NCBI RefSeq assembly: GCF_004353825.1 | Contig: NZ_SMNA01000002.1 | Coordinates: forward strand, 248,001 to 312,000 | DNA from: Occultella glacieicola | Lineage (GTDB): Bacteria; Actinomycetota; Actinomycetes; Actinomycetales; Beutenbergiaceae | DNA: 64,000 bases | Direction of reading: 5' to 3' | Part shown: piece after piece, positions 10,516-19,778 of the stretch | Layout of the letters: every line of letters begins with the position of its first letter | Numbering within the stretch: position 1 is the stretch's first letter | Notes under the pieces: generated by a model | The model's input: only the letters and a program-made list of their open reading frames with translations | Databases searched by the model: none | What the model was told of the DNA's origin: nothing | Program-made: the position numbers and the translations under genes

Positions 10516-11859
10516 ATGTCCGCACGCCTGTCCCCCAAGTCCACGCCCCTGACCCGGCGCGGCTTCAACCACCTGGTCGTCGGTGCCGGCGCCGCCGGGG
10601 CCGTCGGGCTGACGGCCGCGTGCGCCGTCGAGCCGGAGGAGGTGGTGCAGGAACCGGCCGACTCGGACGAGCCCATCGAGCTGAACTTCGTGTGGTGGGG
10701 TGACGCCGGCCGCGCCGAGGTCACCGAGGCCGCGCTCGACCTGTACCGGGCCGACCACCCGAACGTCACGATCACCACCGAGTACCAGGACTCCGGGCCG
10801 TACAAGGACAAGCTCGCCACCCGGATCGCGGCCGGGGACGCACCGGACCTGATGGCCATCCGCCGCGACCAGCTCCGTGAGTACGGCGACCGCGGCGCGC
10901 TGGCGGACCTGCGGACGCTGGACGCGATGGACCTGGCCGGTCTGTCCGACCCGGTGTTGGCTCCGTGGGACGTGAACAGCCAGCTGATCGGGGTGCCCGC
11001 CGGCCTGAACACGATCGGCTTCATCATCCAGACCACCGTGCTCGAGGAGCACGGCATCGACCTGCCCGACGGCGACACCTGGACCTGGGACGACCTGGCG
11101 ACCATGGCGAACGCGATTACCGCGGCCTCCGGGGGCTCGATCTACGGCACGTGCTACGAGATGGCCACGGTCGCGAACCTGTACGTGTGGGTTCGCCAGC
11201 AGGGCGAGGACCTCTACACCGAGGACGGCCGGTTCGGCGCGAGCGAGGCCACCATCCAGAGCTGGTTCGACTTCGCCGACGAGATGCGCACGACCGGCGG
11301 CTTCCCGCCCGCGGGGTTCTTCGACGCGACCACCAGCGCCGCCGAGGCGTCCTACATCGCGCAGGGCCGGGTCGCCTCCCAGATCATCCCGACGAACAAC
11401 TTCAAGAGTTACAACGAGGCCTGCGGCGGCACCCTCGCCCTGCTCCGGATCCCCGGCGAGTCCACGGCCACCCGACGCGGGCAGTCGATCGACTGCCCGC
11501 ACTTGTGGTCGATCTCGTCACAGTCGGCCCACCAGGCCCAGGCCGCGGAGCTGCTCAGCTTCCTCACGAACGAGTTGTCGGCCTGGGAGGCCATGGGCAC
11601 CACCCGGGGCGTCCCGCCGAACTCCGAGGTGGCCGAGGGTCTGGTGCCGAACCTGGAGGAGGACGACGTGACCGCGACCGAGTACATCCTCGGCCTCCAG
11701 GCCGAGGACCTGCCACCGGCGTTCGCCGACCCGGTCGGGGCCACCGAGATCCAGTCCAAGCTGGCCGACGTCGCCGTCGAGGTGGAGTTCGCCCGGATCA
11801 CCAGCGCGGACGCCGCCGCCCAACTCGTGGCCACGGCCAACGACGTGCTGGCGGACTGA
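10516..11859 (+). CDS. Carbohydrate ABC transporter substrate-binding lipoprotein (Tat)
   Basis: TRRGF twin-arginine motif, lipobox TAAC, FVWWGD, AAGDAPDL; RBS AAGGAG upstream. Confidence 0.9.
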   Translation: MSARLSPKSTPLTRRGFNHLVVGAGAAGAVGLTAACAVEPEEVVQEPADSDEPIELNFVWWGDAGRAEVTEAALDLYRADHPNVTITTEYQDSGPYKDKLATRIAAGDAPDLMAIRRDQLREYGDRGALADLRTLDAMDLAGLSDPVLAPWDVNSQLIGVPAGLNTIGFIIQTTVLEEHGIDLPDGDTWTWDDLATMANAITAASGGSIYGTCYEMATVANLYVWVRQQGEDLYTEDGRFGASEATIQSWFDFADEMRTTGGFPPAGFFDATTSAAEASYIAQGRVASQIIPTNNFKSYNEACGGTLALLRIPGESTATRRGQSIDCPHLWSISSQSAHQAQAAELLSFLTNELSAWEAMGTTRGVPPNSEVAEGLVPNLEEDDVTATEYILGLQAEDLPPAFADPVGATEIQSKLADVAVEVEFARITSADAAAQLVATANDVLAD

Positions 11860-11871
11860 GTCCCCCGAGCC

Positions 11872-12828
11872 ATGAGCACCTCCGTCGCACCTTCGGCCAC
11901 CGCCGCCCCGACCCCCGCCGCCGCGCGGGGGTCCGGGGCGCCCGGCCGAGGCACACCCCGCCGTCGCAACGAGAAGGCCGCGTACCTCTTCCTGCTGCCC
12001 TGGTTCGTGGGGCTGCTGTTCACGCTCATCCCGTTCGGGGCGTCGCTGTACCTGGCCTTCACCGACTACAACCTGATCAACAACCCGAACTGGATCGGGT
12101 TCGAGAACTTCCAGGAGATGCTCACCGACGAGGACCTGCTCCAGGCCCTGAAGGTGACCGGGATCTACACGTTCGTCGGGGTGCCGCTCTCGCTGCTCGC
12201 CGCGCTCGGGGTGGCCCTCGCGCTGAACAAGGGCATCAAGGGACTGCGGTACTACCGGGCCGTGTACTACCTGCCCTCGCTGCTCGGCGGCTCCGTCGCG
12301 ATCGTGATGCTCTGGCGCTACATCTTCGGCAACGAGGGCATCGTCAACGCGGTCCTCGGGGTGTTCGGGATCGACGGCCCGAGCTGGGTCTCCGACCCGC
12401 AATACGCGCTGAGCGTGCTGATCTCGCTGCATGTGTGGACGTTCGGCTCACCGATGGTGATCTTCCTGGCCGGCCTGCGGCAGATCCCAATCATGTACTA
12501 CGAGGCGGCCTCCATCGACGGGGCGAGCCGGTGGCGCCAGTTCGTGTCGATCACGATGCCGCTGCTCAGCCCGATCCTGTTCTTCAACCTGGTGCTCGCC
12601 CTGATCGGGTCGCTGCAGACGTTCACGCAGGGCTACATCCTCTCCGGCGGCACAGGCGGCCCGTCCGGCTCGACGCTGTTCTACAACCTGTACCTGTACA
12701 TCGAGGGCTTCCAACGGTTCGACATGGGCTACGCCTCCGCGCTCGCCTGGCTGCTGCTGGTGATCGTGGCCATGTTCACCGCCGCGAACTTCCTGATGTC
12801 CAGGTTCTGGGTCTTCTACGACAACTAA
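11872..12828 (+). CDS. Carbohydrate ABC transporter permease
   Basis: YEAASIDGASRWRQF (EAA loop). Confidence 0.93.
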   Translation: MSTSVAPSATAAPTPAAARGSGAPGRGTPRRRNEKAAYLFLLPWFVGLLFTLIPFGASLYLAFTDYNLINNPNWIGFENFQEMLTDEDLLQALKVTGIYTFVGVPLSLLAALGVALALNKGIKGLRYYRAVYYLPSLLGGSVAIVMLWRYIFGNEGIVNAVLGVFGIDGPSWVSDPQYALSVLISLHVWTFGSPMVIFLAGLRQIPIMYYEAASIDGASRWRQFVSITMPLLSPILFFNLVLALIGSLQTFTQGYILSGGTGGPSGSTLFYNLYLYIEGFQRFDMGYASALAWLLLVIVAMFTAANFLMSRFWVFYDN

Positions 12829-12841
12829 GGGCACTCATTCG

Positions 12842-13750
12842 ATGGCACTCATGACCCAGATCCGCCAGCGCTCACGGGCGATCGCCGAGGACTCCGAGGA
12901 CAGCTACTTCGAGAAACTCGGCAGCAACAGCCGCACCCGGTTCCTGCGGCACGTGATCCTGTGCGCCGTCGGCGCGATCATGCTCTACCCGCTGCTGTGG
13001 ATGCTGGCCAGCTCGTTCAAGCCCAGTTCCGAGGTGTTCGCCGACCTGTCCCTGTGGCCCTCGGAGTGGGACCTCACCAACTACACCGAGGGCTGGAACG
13101 CCCTGAACCACCCGTTCCACCTGTACCTGTGGAACTCCTTCGTGGTGGTCGCCCTCACCATCGTCGGAAACCTGGCGTCCTGCTCGCTGGCCGCCTACGC
13201 GTTCGCCCGGATGCAGTTCTTCGGCAAGAAGCCGCTGTTCGCGCTCATGCTCGGCACCCTCATGCTGCCCGGACACGTGCTGCTGATCCCCCAGTACGTG
13301 ATCTTCAACCTGCTCGGCTGGATGAACACCTACCTGCCCCTGGTGGTGCCGAACTTCCTGGCCACGAACGCGTTCTTCATCTTCCTGATGGTGCAGTTCA
13401 TGCGAGCGCTGCCGAGCGAACTGGACGACGCGGCCCGCATCGACGGGTGCGGCCCGTTCCGCACGTTCTTCCGGGTGATCCTGCCGCTGTGCGTCCCGGC
13501 ACTGGCCACGACCGCGATCTTCACGTTCATCTCGACCTGGAACGAGTTCTTCGGGCCGCTGCTCTACCTGACCGACAGCGCGCTGTACACCGTGCCGCTG
13601 GCGCTGCGCCAGTTCATGGACTCCGAGGGGCAGAGCGCCTGGGGTCCGATGTTCGCGATGTCGGTGGTGTCGCTGGCGCCGATCATCGGGTTCTTCATCG
13701 CCGGCCAGAAATACCTGATCAAGGGCATCGCCACCACCGGGCTCAAGTGA
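12842..13750 (+). CDS. Carbohydrate ABC transporter permease
   Basis: LDDAARIDGCG, WNEFFGPL. Confidence 0.93.
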   Translation: MALMTQIRQRSRAIAEDSEDSYFEKLGSNSRTRFLRHVILCAVGAIMLYPLLWMLASSFKPSSEVFADLSLWPSEWDLTNYTEGWNALNHPFHLYLWNSFVVVALTIVGNLASCSLAAYAFARMQFFGKKPLFALMLGTLMLPGHVLLIPQYVIFNLLGWMNTYLPLVVPNFLATNAFFIFLMVQFMRALPSELDDAARIDGCGPFRTFFRVILPLCVPALATTAIFTFISTWNEFFGPLLYLTDSALYTVPLALRQFMDSEGQSAWGPMFAMSVVSLAPIIGFFIAGQKYLIKGIATTGLK

Positions 13751-13815
13751 GGTCAGGTCCGGGCGTTAGCATGCGCTAGGTAGAAGGACCCGGCGGCACA
13801 AGGAGCAGAATCCAG

Positions 13816-14589
13816 ATGACGGCACGCTCGACCCTGTTGGCACGCGACCTCTGGGGCGGCTACCCCGAGAACGAGGTGCTCCGGGGCGTCAACCTGACCG
13901 TCACCGCCGGCGATGCACCGGTGGGCATCGTGGGCCCGTCCGGGATGGGCAAGACCACGCTGGTCCGGTTCCTGCGCGGGACGCTGCGACCCAGCCGCGG
14001 GACCGTCACCTACAACGGCTGGAACACCGCCAAGATGCCCCGCCGGGATGCCAAGGCGTTCAAGGCCGAGGTGCGGTTCATGTCCCAGGACTCCCTGACC
14101 ATCACCGACCCGCAGCTGACCGTGACCCGCTACCTCAAGAGCGCACTCGCCGAGGCGCGCAAGGGTGGGCGCACCCACGCGACCTCGATCGAGGAACTGC
14201 TGGACGCCGTCGCCCTCGAGGAGCGTTACGCCAAGCGGAACATGCTCACCCTCTCCGGCGGCGAGCGGCAGCGGGTGGCCCTCTCGGTGGCGCTGGCGAC
14301 GCGGCCCGAGATCCTCGTTCTCGACGAGCCGTTCACCGCCGTCGACCCGCAGGCCCGTGGCGCCATGGCGCGACGCCTGACCGCGCTCACCGGCCGGCTC
14401 GGCACCGCCGTGGTGCTGGTCTCCCACGACCTCGAACTGGTCGAGCGGATGTGCCGCACCGTCCACTTCCTCGCCGACGGAACGTTCGTCTCCTCCGGCC
14501 CGCTCGGGGAGATGCTCGCCAAGGCCGAGCACGAGGCGATCCGGGAGATCGCCGAGGCGGCACCGCTCGCGGTCCAGCGCTTCCGCTGA
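13816..14589 (+). CDS. ABC transporter ATP-binding protein (peptide/nickel-type, single NBD)
   Basis: GPSGMGKTT, LSGGERQRV, LDEPF. Confidence 0.88.
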   Translation: MTARSTLLARDLWGGYPENEVLRGVNLTVTAGDAPVGIVGPSGMGKTTLVRFLRGTLRPSRGTVTYNGWNTAKMPRRDAKAFKAEVRFMSQDSLTITDPQLTVTRYLKSALAEARKGGRTHATSIEELLDAVALEERYAKRNMLTLSGGERQRVALSVALATRPEILVLDEPFTAVDPQARGAMARRLTALTGRLGTAVVLVSHDLELVERMCRTVHFLADGTFVSSGPLGEMLAKAEHEAIREIAEAAPLAVQRFR

Positions 14590-14779
14590 AGCGCCAGACG
14601 GCGCAACCCGCGCGGCGTCACCTTCCGAAGCCGCTTCCGCGGAAGCGCCCACCCCGGCGAGAGTGCGCAAGTGGCGACCACCTCAGCACTCTCACGGAGC
14701 GTGATCCGGTCGCGGTCGACGAGCGCCTGATCTAATTTGAGTGTTGCCTTATATAAGTAGCCTCTTCTAAAGTAGCCCC

Positions 14780-15187
14780 ATGCACGCGTTCGACATCCTC
14801 GGTGACCCCGTCCGCCGTCGGATCCTCGAGCTGCTCGCCGCCGGCGAGCGGGCCTCGGGTGCGATCTCAGTCGTGATCACCGAGGAGTTCGGCATCAGCC
14901 AGCCGGCGGTCTCCCAACACCTGCGGGTGCTGCGGGACGCCGGCTTCGCGACGGTGCGCCCCGAGGGCACCCGCCGCATCTACGCCGTGGCCGAGGAGCC
15001 GTTGCGCGAGGTCGATGCCTGGCTGGAGACGTTCCGAGCCACCTGGCAGCCCCGGCTCGACGCCCTCGGCACCGAGATCGCCCGCGGCAACCGCGCGCGC
15101 CGTATCCGCGCCACCAGCAACACCTCCACCACCAGGACGGGCACTTCCGCGGAAGCGCCCGTCTCTCCCACCGAGGAGTCATCATGA
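14780..15187 (+). CDS. ArsR/SmtB family regulator
   Basis: LGDPVRRRILELL, ISQPAVSQHLRVLRDAG; leaderless after TAAAGT. Confidence 0.92.
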   Translation: MHAFDILGDPVRRRILELLAAGERASGAISVVITEEFGISQPAVSQHLRVLRDAGFATVRPEGTRRIYAVAEEPLREVDAWLETFRATWQPRLDALGTEIARGNRARRIRATSNTSTTRTGTSAEAPVSPTEESS

Positions 15188-15816
15188 CCGAGTCGACCGA
15201 CACCACCACCCGCCTGCTCGGAACCGTCGAGCGCGACGGCCGAGAGGCACGCGTGGCGACCGTGTCCAAGACCTACCCGACCACGTCGGAGGACCTGTGG
15301 CATGCCGTCACGACCCCCGAGCGTCTCGCCCGCTGGCTCGCGCCCGTCAGTGGCGACCTGATCATCGGCGGTCGCTTCCAGGTCGAGAACAACGCCGGTG
15401 GCACCGTGCTGACGTGTGACGCCCCTCGGGAGTTCACGGCCACCTGGGAGTACGGCGAGGAGGTCTCCTGGCTCACCGTCCGGATCTCCGACGACGGCGA
15501 GGACACTGCCCGCCTCGAGCTCGAGCACACCGCGTTCGTCGCCGACGAGTGGTGGTCGCAGTTCGGTCCCGGCGCCACCGGCGTGGGCTGGGACCTCGGG
15601 CTGTACGGGCTCGAGCTGCACCTGGCGAACCCGGACGTCGAACGCCCCGAGGACCAGAACGCCTGGGTCGCCTCAGACGAGGGCAAGGACTTCGTGACGG
15701 CCAGCAGTGAGGCATGGGCGCGGGTGAGCGTCGCCGCGGGCACCCCGGCCGACGAGGCCACCGCGGCTGCGCTGCGCACCACCGCGTTCTACACGGAGCT
15801 GCCCACGGAGGGTTGA
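15184..15816 (+). CDS. SRPBCC (AHSA1-like) domain protein
   Basis: DLWHAVTTPERLARW, GPGATGVGWD; ATGA coupling to arsR. Confidence 0.88.
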   Translation: MTESTDTTTRLLGTVERDGREARVATVSKTYPTTSEDLWHAVTTPERLARWLAPVSGDLIIGGRFQVENNAGGTVLTCDAPREFTATWEYGEEVSWLTVRISDDGEDTARLELEHTAFVADEWWSQFGPGATGVGWDLGLYGLELHLANPDVERPEDQNAWVASDEGKDFVTASSEAWARVSVAAGTPADEATAAALRTTAFYTELPTEG

Positions 15817-15919
15817 CCGAGGCGGCAGCGACCTGCACCAACCGAGCCGCGGACGAGAACTGTCCGGATTCGGTGTTAGGTTCGGCCGGCAACGATGGCA
15901 ACGGATGTCAGGAGCGGTC

Positions 15920-16702
15920 ATGGCAGAGGAATTCCATCGGACGGCGAAGTTCCACGGAGCCAGCTTCCGGGCGTCGGACCTGTACGGGCTGACGGTCCGG
16001 GACAGCGACCTACGAGACGCCAGGATCGCCAGCAGTTGGGTCGACGGGATGCGGGTCACCGGGTTCGACGGCGCGGCCGGCGCCCTCTACGTCGACGACG
16101 TCGAGGTGAGCGACTACGTCGCAGCGGAGTTGGACCGCCGTCACCCCGAACGAGTGCAACTGCGCGCCGTCAGGACTCTCGGCGACCATCGCGCCATGTG
16201 GGAGACATCGAAGGGGCTGTGGGCCCGGAGCAAGGAGCGGGCGGAGGCCCTCCCGGAATCGGCCCGCAACGAACGGGTCGACGGCGAGTGGTCGTTCGTG
16301 GAGACGCTGCGCCACCTGATCTTCGGCATCGACAGCTGGGTCGGCGTGATGCTCACGGACCCGCCGGCGCCCTATCACCGACTCGGCCTCCCCCCGACCG
16401 ACTTCTCCGACGAGGACACCGTCACGCTCGGTCTCGACCGCGGGGCCCGACCCGACTACGCCGAGGTCGTCCGAGCGCTCGACTCGCAGTGGGCGCGCGT
16501 CGATGCCGTGTTGGCCGAGCTGACCGATGCCGACCTCGAGCAGTTGCGCACGGGCAGCCTCGGGGTCGGCGAGGAGCCCGAGACGGTTCCCGTGTCCCAC
16601 TGCCTGGGCGTCGTCCTGCGAGAGCACACCGAGCATCGGCGCTTCGCCGAGCGGGACCTGACCACCCTCACCACCGCCGCCGAGGAGGGCACCACCCGCT
16701 GA
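15920..16702 (+). CDS. DinB family protein with N-terminal pentapeptide-like segment
   Basis: EWSFVETLRHL...W, EHTEHRRFAERDL; N-terminus FHGASFRASDL. Confidence 0.8.
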   Translation: MAEEFHRTAKFHGASFRASDLYGLTVRDSDLRDARIASSWVDGMRVTGFDGAAGALYVDDVEVSDYVAAELDRRHPERVQLRAVRTLGDHRAMWETSKGLWARSKERAEALPESARNERVDGEWSFVETLRHLIFGIDSWVGVMLTDPPAPYHRLGLPPTDFSDEDTVTLGLDRGARPDYAEVVRALDSQWARVDAVLAELTDADLEQLRTGSLGVGEEPETVPVSHCLGVVLREHTEHRRFAERDLTTLTTAAEEGTTR

Positions 16703-16740
16703 GTCCGGAGACGGCTACCCGACCGCGCGGGAGCACGCGG

Positions 16741-17085
16741 TCAGTCGAACAACTCGCTCAGCCAACTCTCCCGGCGCCTCCGGGGCCGCCGCCCGTCTCG
16801 GTCGTGGCCGTGGCGCCACGCGTCCTCCGGCGAGGGCGCGGACGGCGCCGAGTAGCCCCGGTACCCGCGATCCTGCACGGGCGCGTTGCCATAGGCCGGC
16901 CGCGGTGGGAGCGTGTGTGCGGGCGCGGGCGGGCGCGCAGGACCCGGCTCGGTCATGGAGCGCTCGATGATCTTGTCGAGCTCACCACGGTCGAGCCACA
17001 CACCCCGGCACTGCGGGCAGTAGTCGATCTCGATACCGCTCCTGTCGCTCATCACCAGGATCGAACCGTCGGTCGGGCATTTCAT
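16741..17085 (-). CDS. zf-TFIIB domain protein
   Basis: MKCPTD...EIDYCPQCRGVWLDRGELDKI, RRESWLSELFD; RBS GAGGAGG. Confidence 0.9.
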   Translation of the reverse strand: MKCPTDGSILVMSDRSGIEIDYCPQCRGVWLDRGELDKIIERSMTEPGPARPPAPAHTLPPRPAYGNAPVQDRGYRGYSAPSAPSPEDAWRHGHDRDGRRPRRRRESWLSELFD

Positions 17086-17113
17086 GGGCATTCCTCCTCG
17101 TCTCTACCGGTAC

Positions 17114-17141
17114 TCAACGCCCGGCAGGGCCGTGGGGTTCC
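17114..17141 (-). promoter_or_regulatory. SigH/SigR/SigE-type promoter of the zf-TFIIB gene
   Basis: GGAAC-N18-GTT on the minus strand. Confidence 0.7.
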
Positions 17142-17254
17142 GGACGCGAAAGGACCAGCGGGTGGCGGCAAGCGTGCGCATCACCGCGATGCCACCGTCG
17201 GACGACGTCGGCTCGCGCCATCACCCGCTCAGCCATGAACGACAGCTCTGGCTG

Positions 17255-17302
17255 GGTCAGGGTCGCGATCGATCAGGCTCGCGATCGGTCAGGGTCGCGA
17301 TC
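17255..17302. repeat. 3 x 16-bp tandem repeat G[G/A]TCAGG[G/C]TCGCGATC
   Basis: Units 17255-17270, 17271-17286, 17287-17302. Confidence 0.85.
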
Positions 17303-17372
17303 TCGGTCGGTGCTCGCCGAGTTGCGCGCCGAGTGGATCTCCATCGGATCGGAGGCCGCACCCCCCTCATGC

Positions 17373-18887
17373 CTACTTCTGGCCGTCGCCGGAGAAGTGG
17401 AACGAGGCCTGCACGCGCTTGCTCGGCCAGCGCTCGGTCGTCACCTTGGCGCGGGTGCAGAAGCGAATGCCCTCGGGGCCGTAGATCGGGCTGTCGCCGA
17501 AGAGCGAGTCCTTCCAGCCGCCGAAACTGTGCCACGCGACCGGTACCGGGATCGGCACGTTGACGCCGACCATCCCGACCTGCACGCGGCGGCGGAACTC
17601 GCGAGCGGCCGCGCCCGAGGAGGTGAAGATCGCGGTTCCGTTGCCATAGGGGTTGGCGTTGACGACGGCGAGCGCCTCCTCGAGGTCCGCGACGCGCACG
17701 ATGTCCAGCACTGGCCCGAAGACCTCCTCGCGGTAGACCTCGTAGCCGGTCTCGACCCTGTCGATCAGTGTGGGGCCGACGAAGAATCCCTCCTCGTGGC
17801 CGGGCACCACGTGCCCACGGCCGTCGACCACCAGATCAGCCCCCTCCCGCTCGGCGGAGCCGATCAGGCTCTCGATGCGCTCTTTGGAGGCGGCGGTGAT
17901 GACGGGACCCATGTCGGCGTCGGGCACGTCGCCGGGTGCGACCTTGACCGCGCGCGCCCGCTCGGCCAGCAGGGCCACCAGTTCGTCGGCCACCTCCTCG
18001 GCGACGACCGCGACGGACAGCGCCATGCAGCGCTCGCCCGCGGAGCCGAAGGCTGCCGCGGTGAGGTGGTCGGCGGCGTCCTCGAGGTCGGCGTCGGCGA
18101 GCACCACGCCGTGGTTCTTGGCACCGCCGAGGGCCTGCACGCGCTTGCCCGCGGCGCTCCCGGTGGCGTGCACGTACTTGGCGATCGGGGTCGAGCCGAC
18201 GAAGGAGACTGCGTCCACATCGGGGTGCTCGAGCAGCGCCGTCACGGCGTTCCTGTCGCCGTGCAGGACAGTGAAGACGCCGTCAGGCAGCCCGGCCTGT
18301 TGCCACAGTTCGGCGAGCACGTTCGCGGTGGACGGATCCCGCTCAGAGGGCTTCAGCACGAACGCGTTACCGGTGGCGATCGCGACCGGCGACATCCACA
18401 GCGGCACCATGACCGGGAAGTTGAAGGGTGTGATGCCGGCGACCACTCCGATCGGCTCACGCACCGAGTACACATCAATGCCGGTGGCGGCCTCGTCGCT
18501 GACCTCACCCTTCATCAGTTGCGGCAGTCCGCACGCGTGCTCGACGACCTCCAGGCCGCGCGCCACCTCACCGCGGGCGTCGGAGAGCACCTTGCCGTGC
18601 TCGCGGCTGATGATGACGGCAAGTTCGTCCGCGTGGGATGCGAGCAGTTCGCGGAACCGGAACAGCACCGCGGCTCGCTTCCCGAGCGAGAGCGCACCCC
18701 ATGAGCGTTGGGCGGCGACGGCGGAGGCGACCGCCCGGTCGACCTCTTCGCCGGTAGCCAGGGCCACCCGGGCGATCTCGGCGCCGGTGGCGGGGTTGTG
18801 GACCGGTGCGGTCCGCTGCGTCACGACGGGCACCGGGGCGCCGTCGACCCAGTGCCCCACGAGGGTCTTGGTCTCGGTGATCGTCAT
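17373..18887 (-). CDS. iolA: CoA-acylating (methyl)malonate-semialdehyde dehydrogenase
   Basis: ITPFNFP, KPSERDP, FVGSTPIA, GGAKNH, GSAGERCMA, SFGGWKDSLFGD (MmsA/IolA family). Confidence 0.92.
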   Translation of the reverse strand: MTITETKTLVGHWVDGAPVPVVTQRTAPVHNPATGAEIARVALATGEEVDRAVASAVAAQRSWGALSLGKRAAVLFRFRELLASHADELAVIISREHGKVLSDARGEVARGLEVVEHACGLPQLMKGEVSDEAATGIDVYSVREPIGVVAGITPFNFPVMVPLWMSPVAIATGNAFVLKPSERDPSTANVLAELWQQAGLPDGVFTVLHGDRNAVTALLEHPDVDAVSFVGSTPIAKYVHATGSAAGKRVQALGGAKNHGVVLADADLEDAADHLTAAAFGSAGERCMALSVAVVAEEVADELVALLAERARAVKVAPGDVPDADMGPVITAASKERIESLIGSAEREGADLVVDGRGHVVPGHEEGFFVGPTLIDRVETGYEVYREEVFGPVLDIVRVADLEEALAVVNANPYGNGTAIFTSSGAAAREFRRRVQVGMVGVNVPIPVPVAWHSFGGWKDSLFGDSPIYGPEGIRFCTRAKVTTERWPSKRVQASFHFSGDGQK

Positions 18888-19010
18888 AGGTCGTACCTCT
18901 GGTTGGTGTGGTCGCGCTCGCATCCGGCACGGGCGCGGTGGGTGGACTTGGAGGCCTCGCTGACCGGCACGCCCCACCAGGGGCCCGGTGGACTCGGGCC
19001 CACGCGCTGC

Positions 19011-19778
19011 TCAGTACCGCAGCGCCTTTCCGCCGTCGACGATTACTTCCTGCCCGGTGACGAAGGTCAGGTCGAGGGCGACGGTCACGATCGCGCGTCC
19101 GATCTCCTCGGAGTCCGCGAGGCGACCGAGCGGGACGAACTCGGCCTCGGCCTCGAAGTTCCTGGTTGCGGCGGCCTCACCGATCAGGCGCTCGTGCCAT
19201 CCCGAGATCACGGTGCCGGGGGCAACCGCGTTGACACGAACGGCGGGGGCGAGTGCGACCGCCAGTGCACGCGTCATCTGAGCGAGGGCTGCCTTGCTGA
19301 CGCCGTACGGCAATGAACTACCGACCACACGCGTCGCGGAGATCGAGGTGACATTGACAACTGAGCCGCCGCGCTCCTTGAGCGACTCGGCGAACGCCTG
19401 GCACACCCAGAACGCCCCGAGCAGGTTGACACCGAGGATGTCGTCCCAGAGCTCCGGGGTGATGGCGTCCAGGTCGGCGAAGTCGATGCGCTGGGTGGTA
19501 CCGGCACAGTTCACCAGGACGTCCACGCCGCCGCTCGCTGCCAGCACCTCTTCGGCACCGCGCTGGACCGCCTCGCGGTCGGAGACATCGAACTGAAGGG
19601 GGTGACCGGTCGCACCGAGGTCGGCGAGCTCGGCGCTGAGTTGCACGGCAGCCTCAGCAGAGCGCGAGTAGCCGATGTGGATCTCACCGACCCCCCGGCG
19701 GGCAAGCTCCAGACAGGTGGCGCGGCCGATCCCCGTGGCGCCCCCCGTGATGATCGCGACCCTTCCCGACCGGCTCAC
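19011..19778 (-). CDS. SDR family oxidoreductase
   Basis: TGGATGIG, VNCAG, YGVSK. Confidence 0.92.
   Translation of the reverse strand: MSRSGRVAIITGGATGIGRATCLELARRGVGEIHIGYSRSAEAAVQLSAELADLGATGHPLQFDVSDREAVQRGAEEVLAASGGVDVLVNCAGTTQRIDFADLDAITPELWDDILGVNLLGAFWVCQAFAESLKERGGSVVNVTSISATRVVGSSLPYGVSKAALAQMTRALAVALAPAVRVNAVAPGTVISGWHERLIGEAAATRNFEAEAEFVPLGRLADSEEIGRAIVTVALDLTFVTGQEVIVDGGKALRY

Noticed and set aside
17255..17302. Short repeats as a possible CRISPR array (also 2279-2319 and 6487-6540)
   Set aside because: Head-to-tail repeats with no unique spacers and no cas genes
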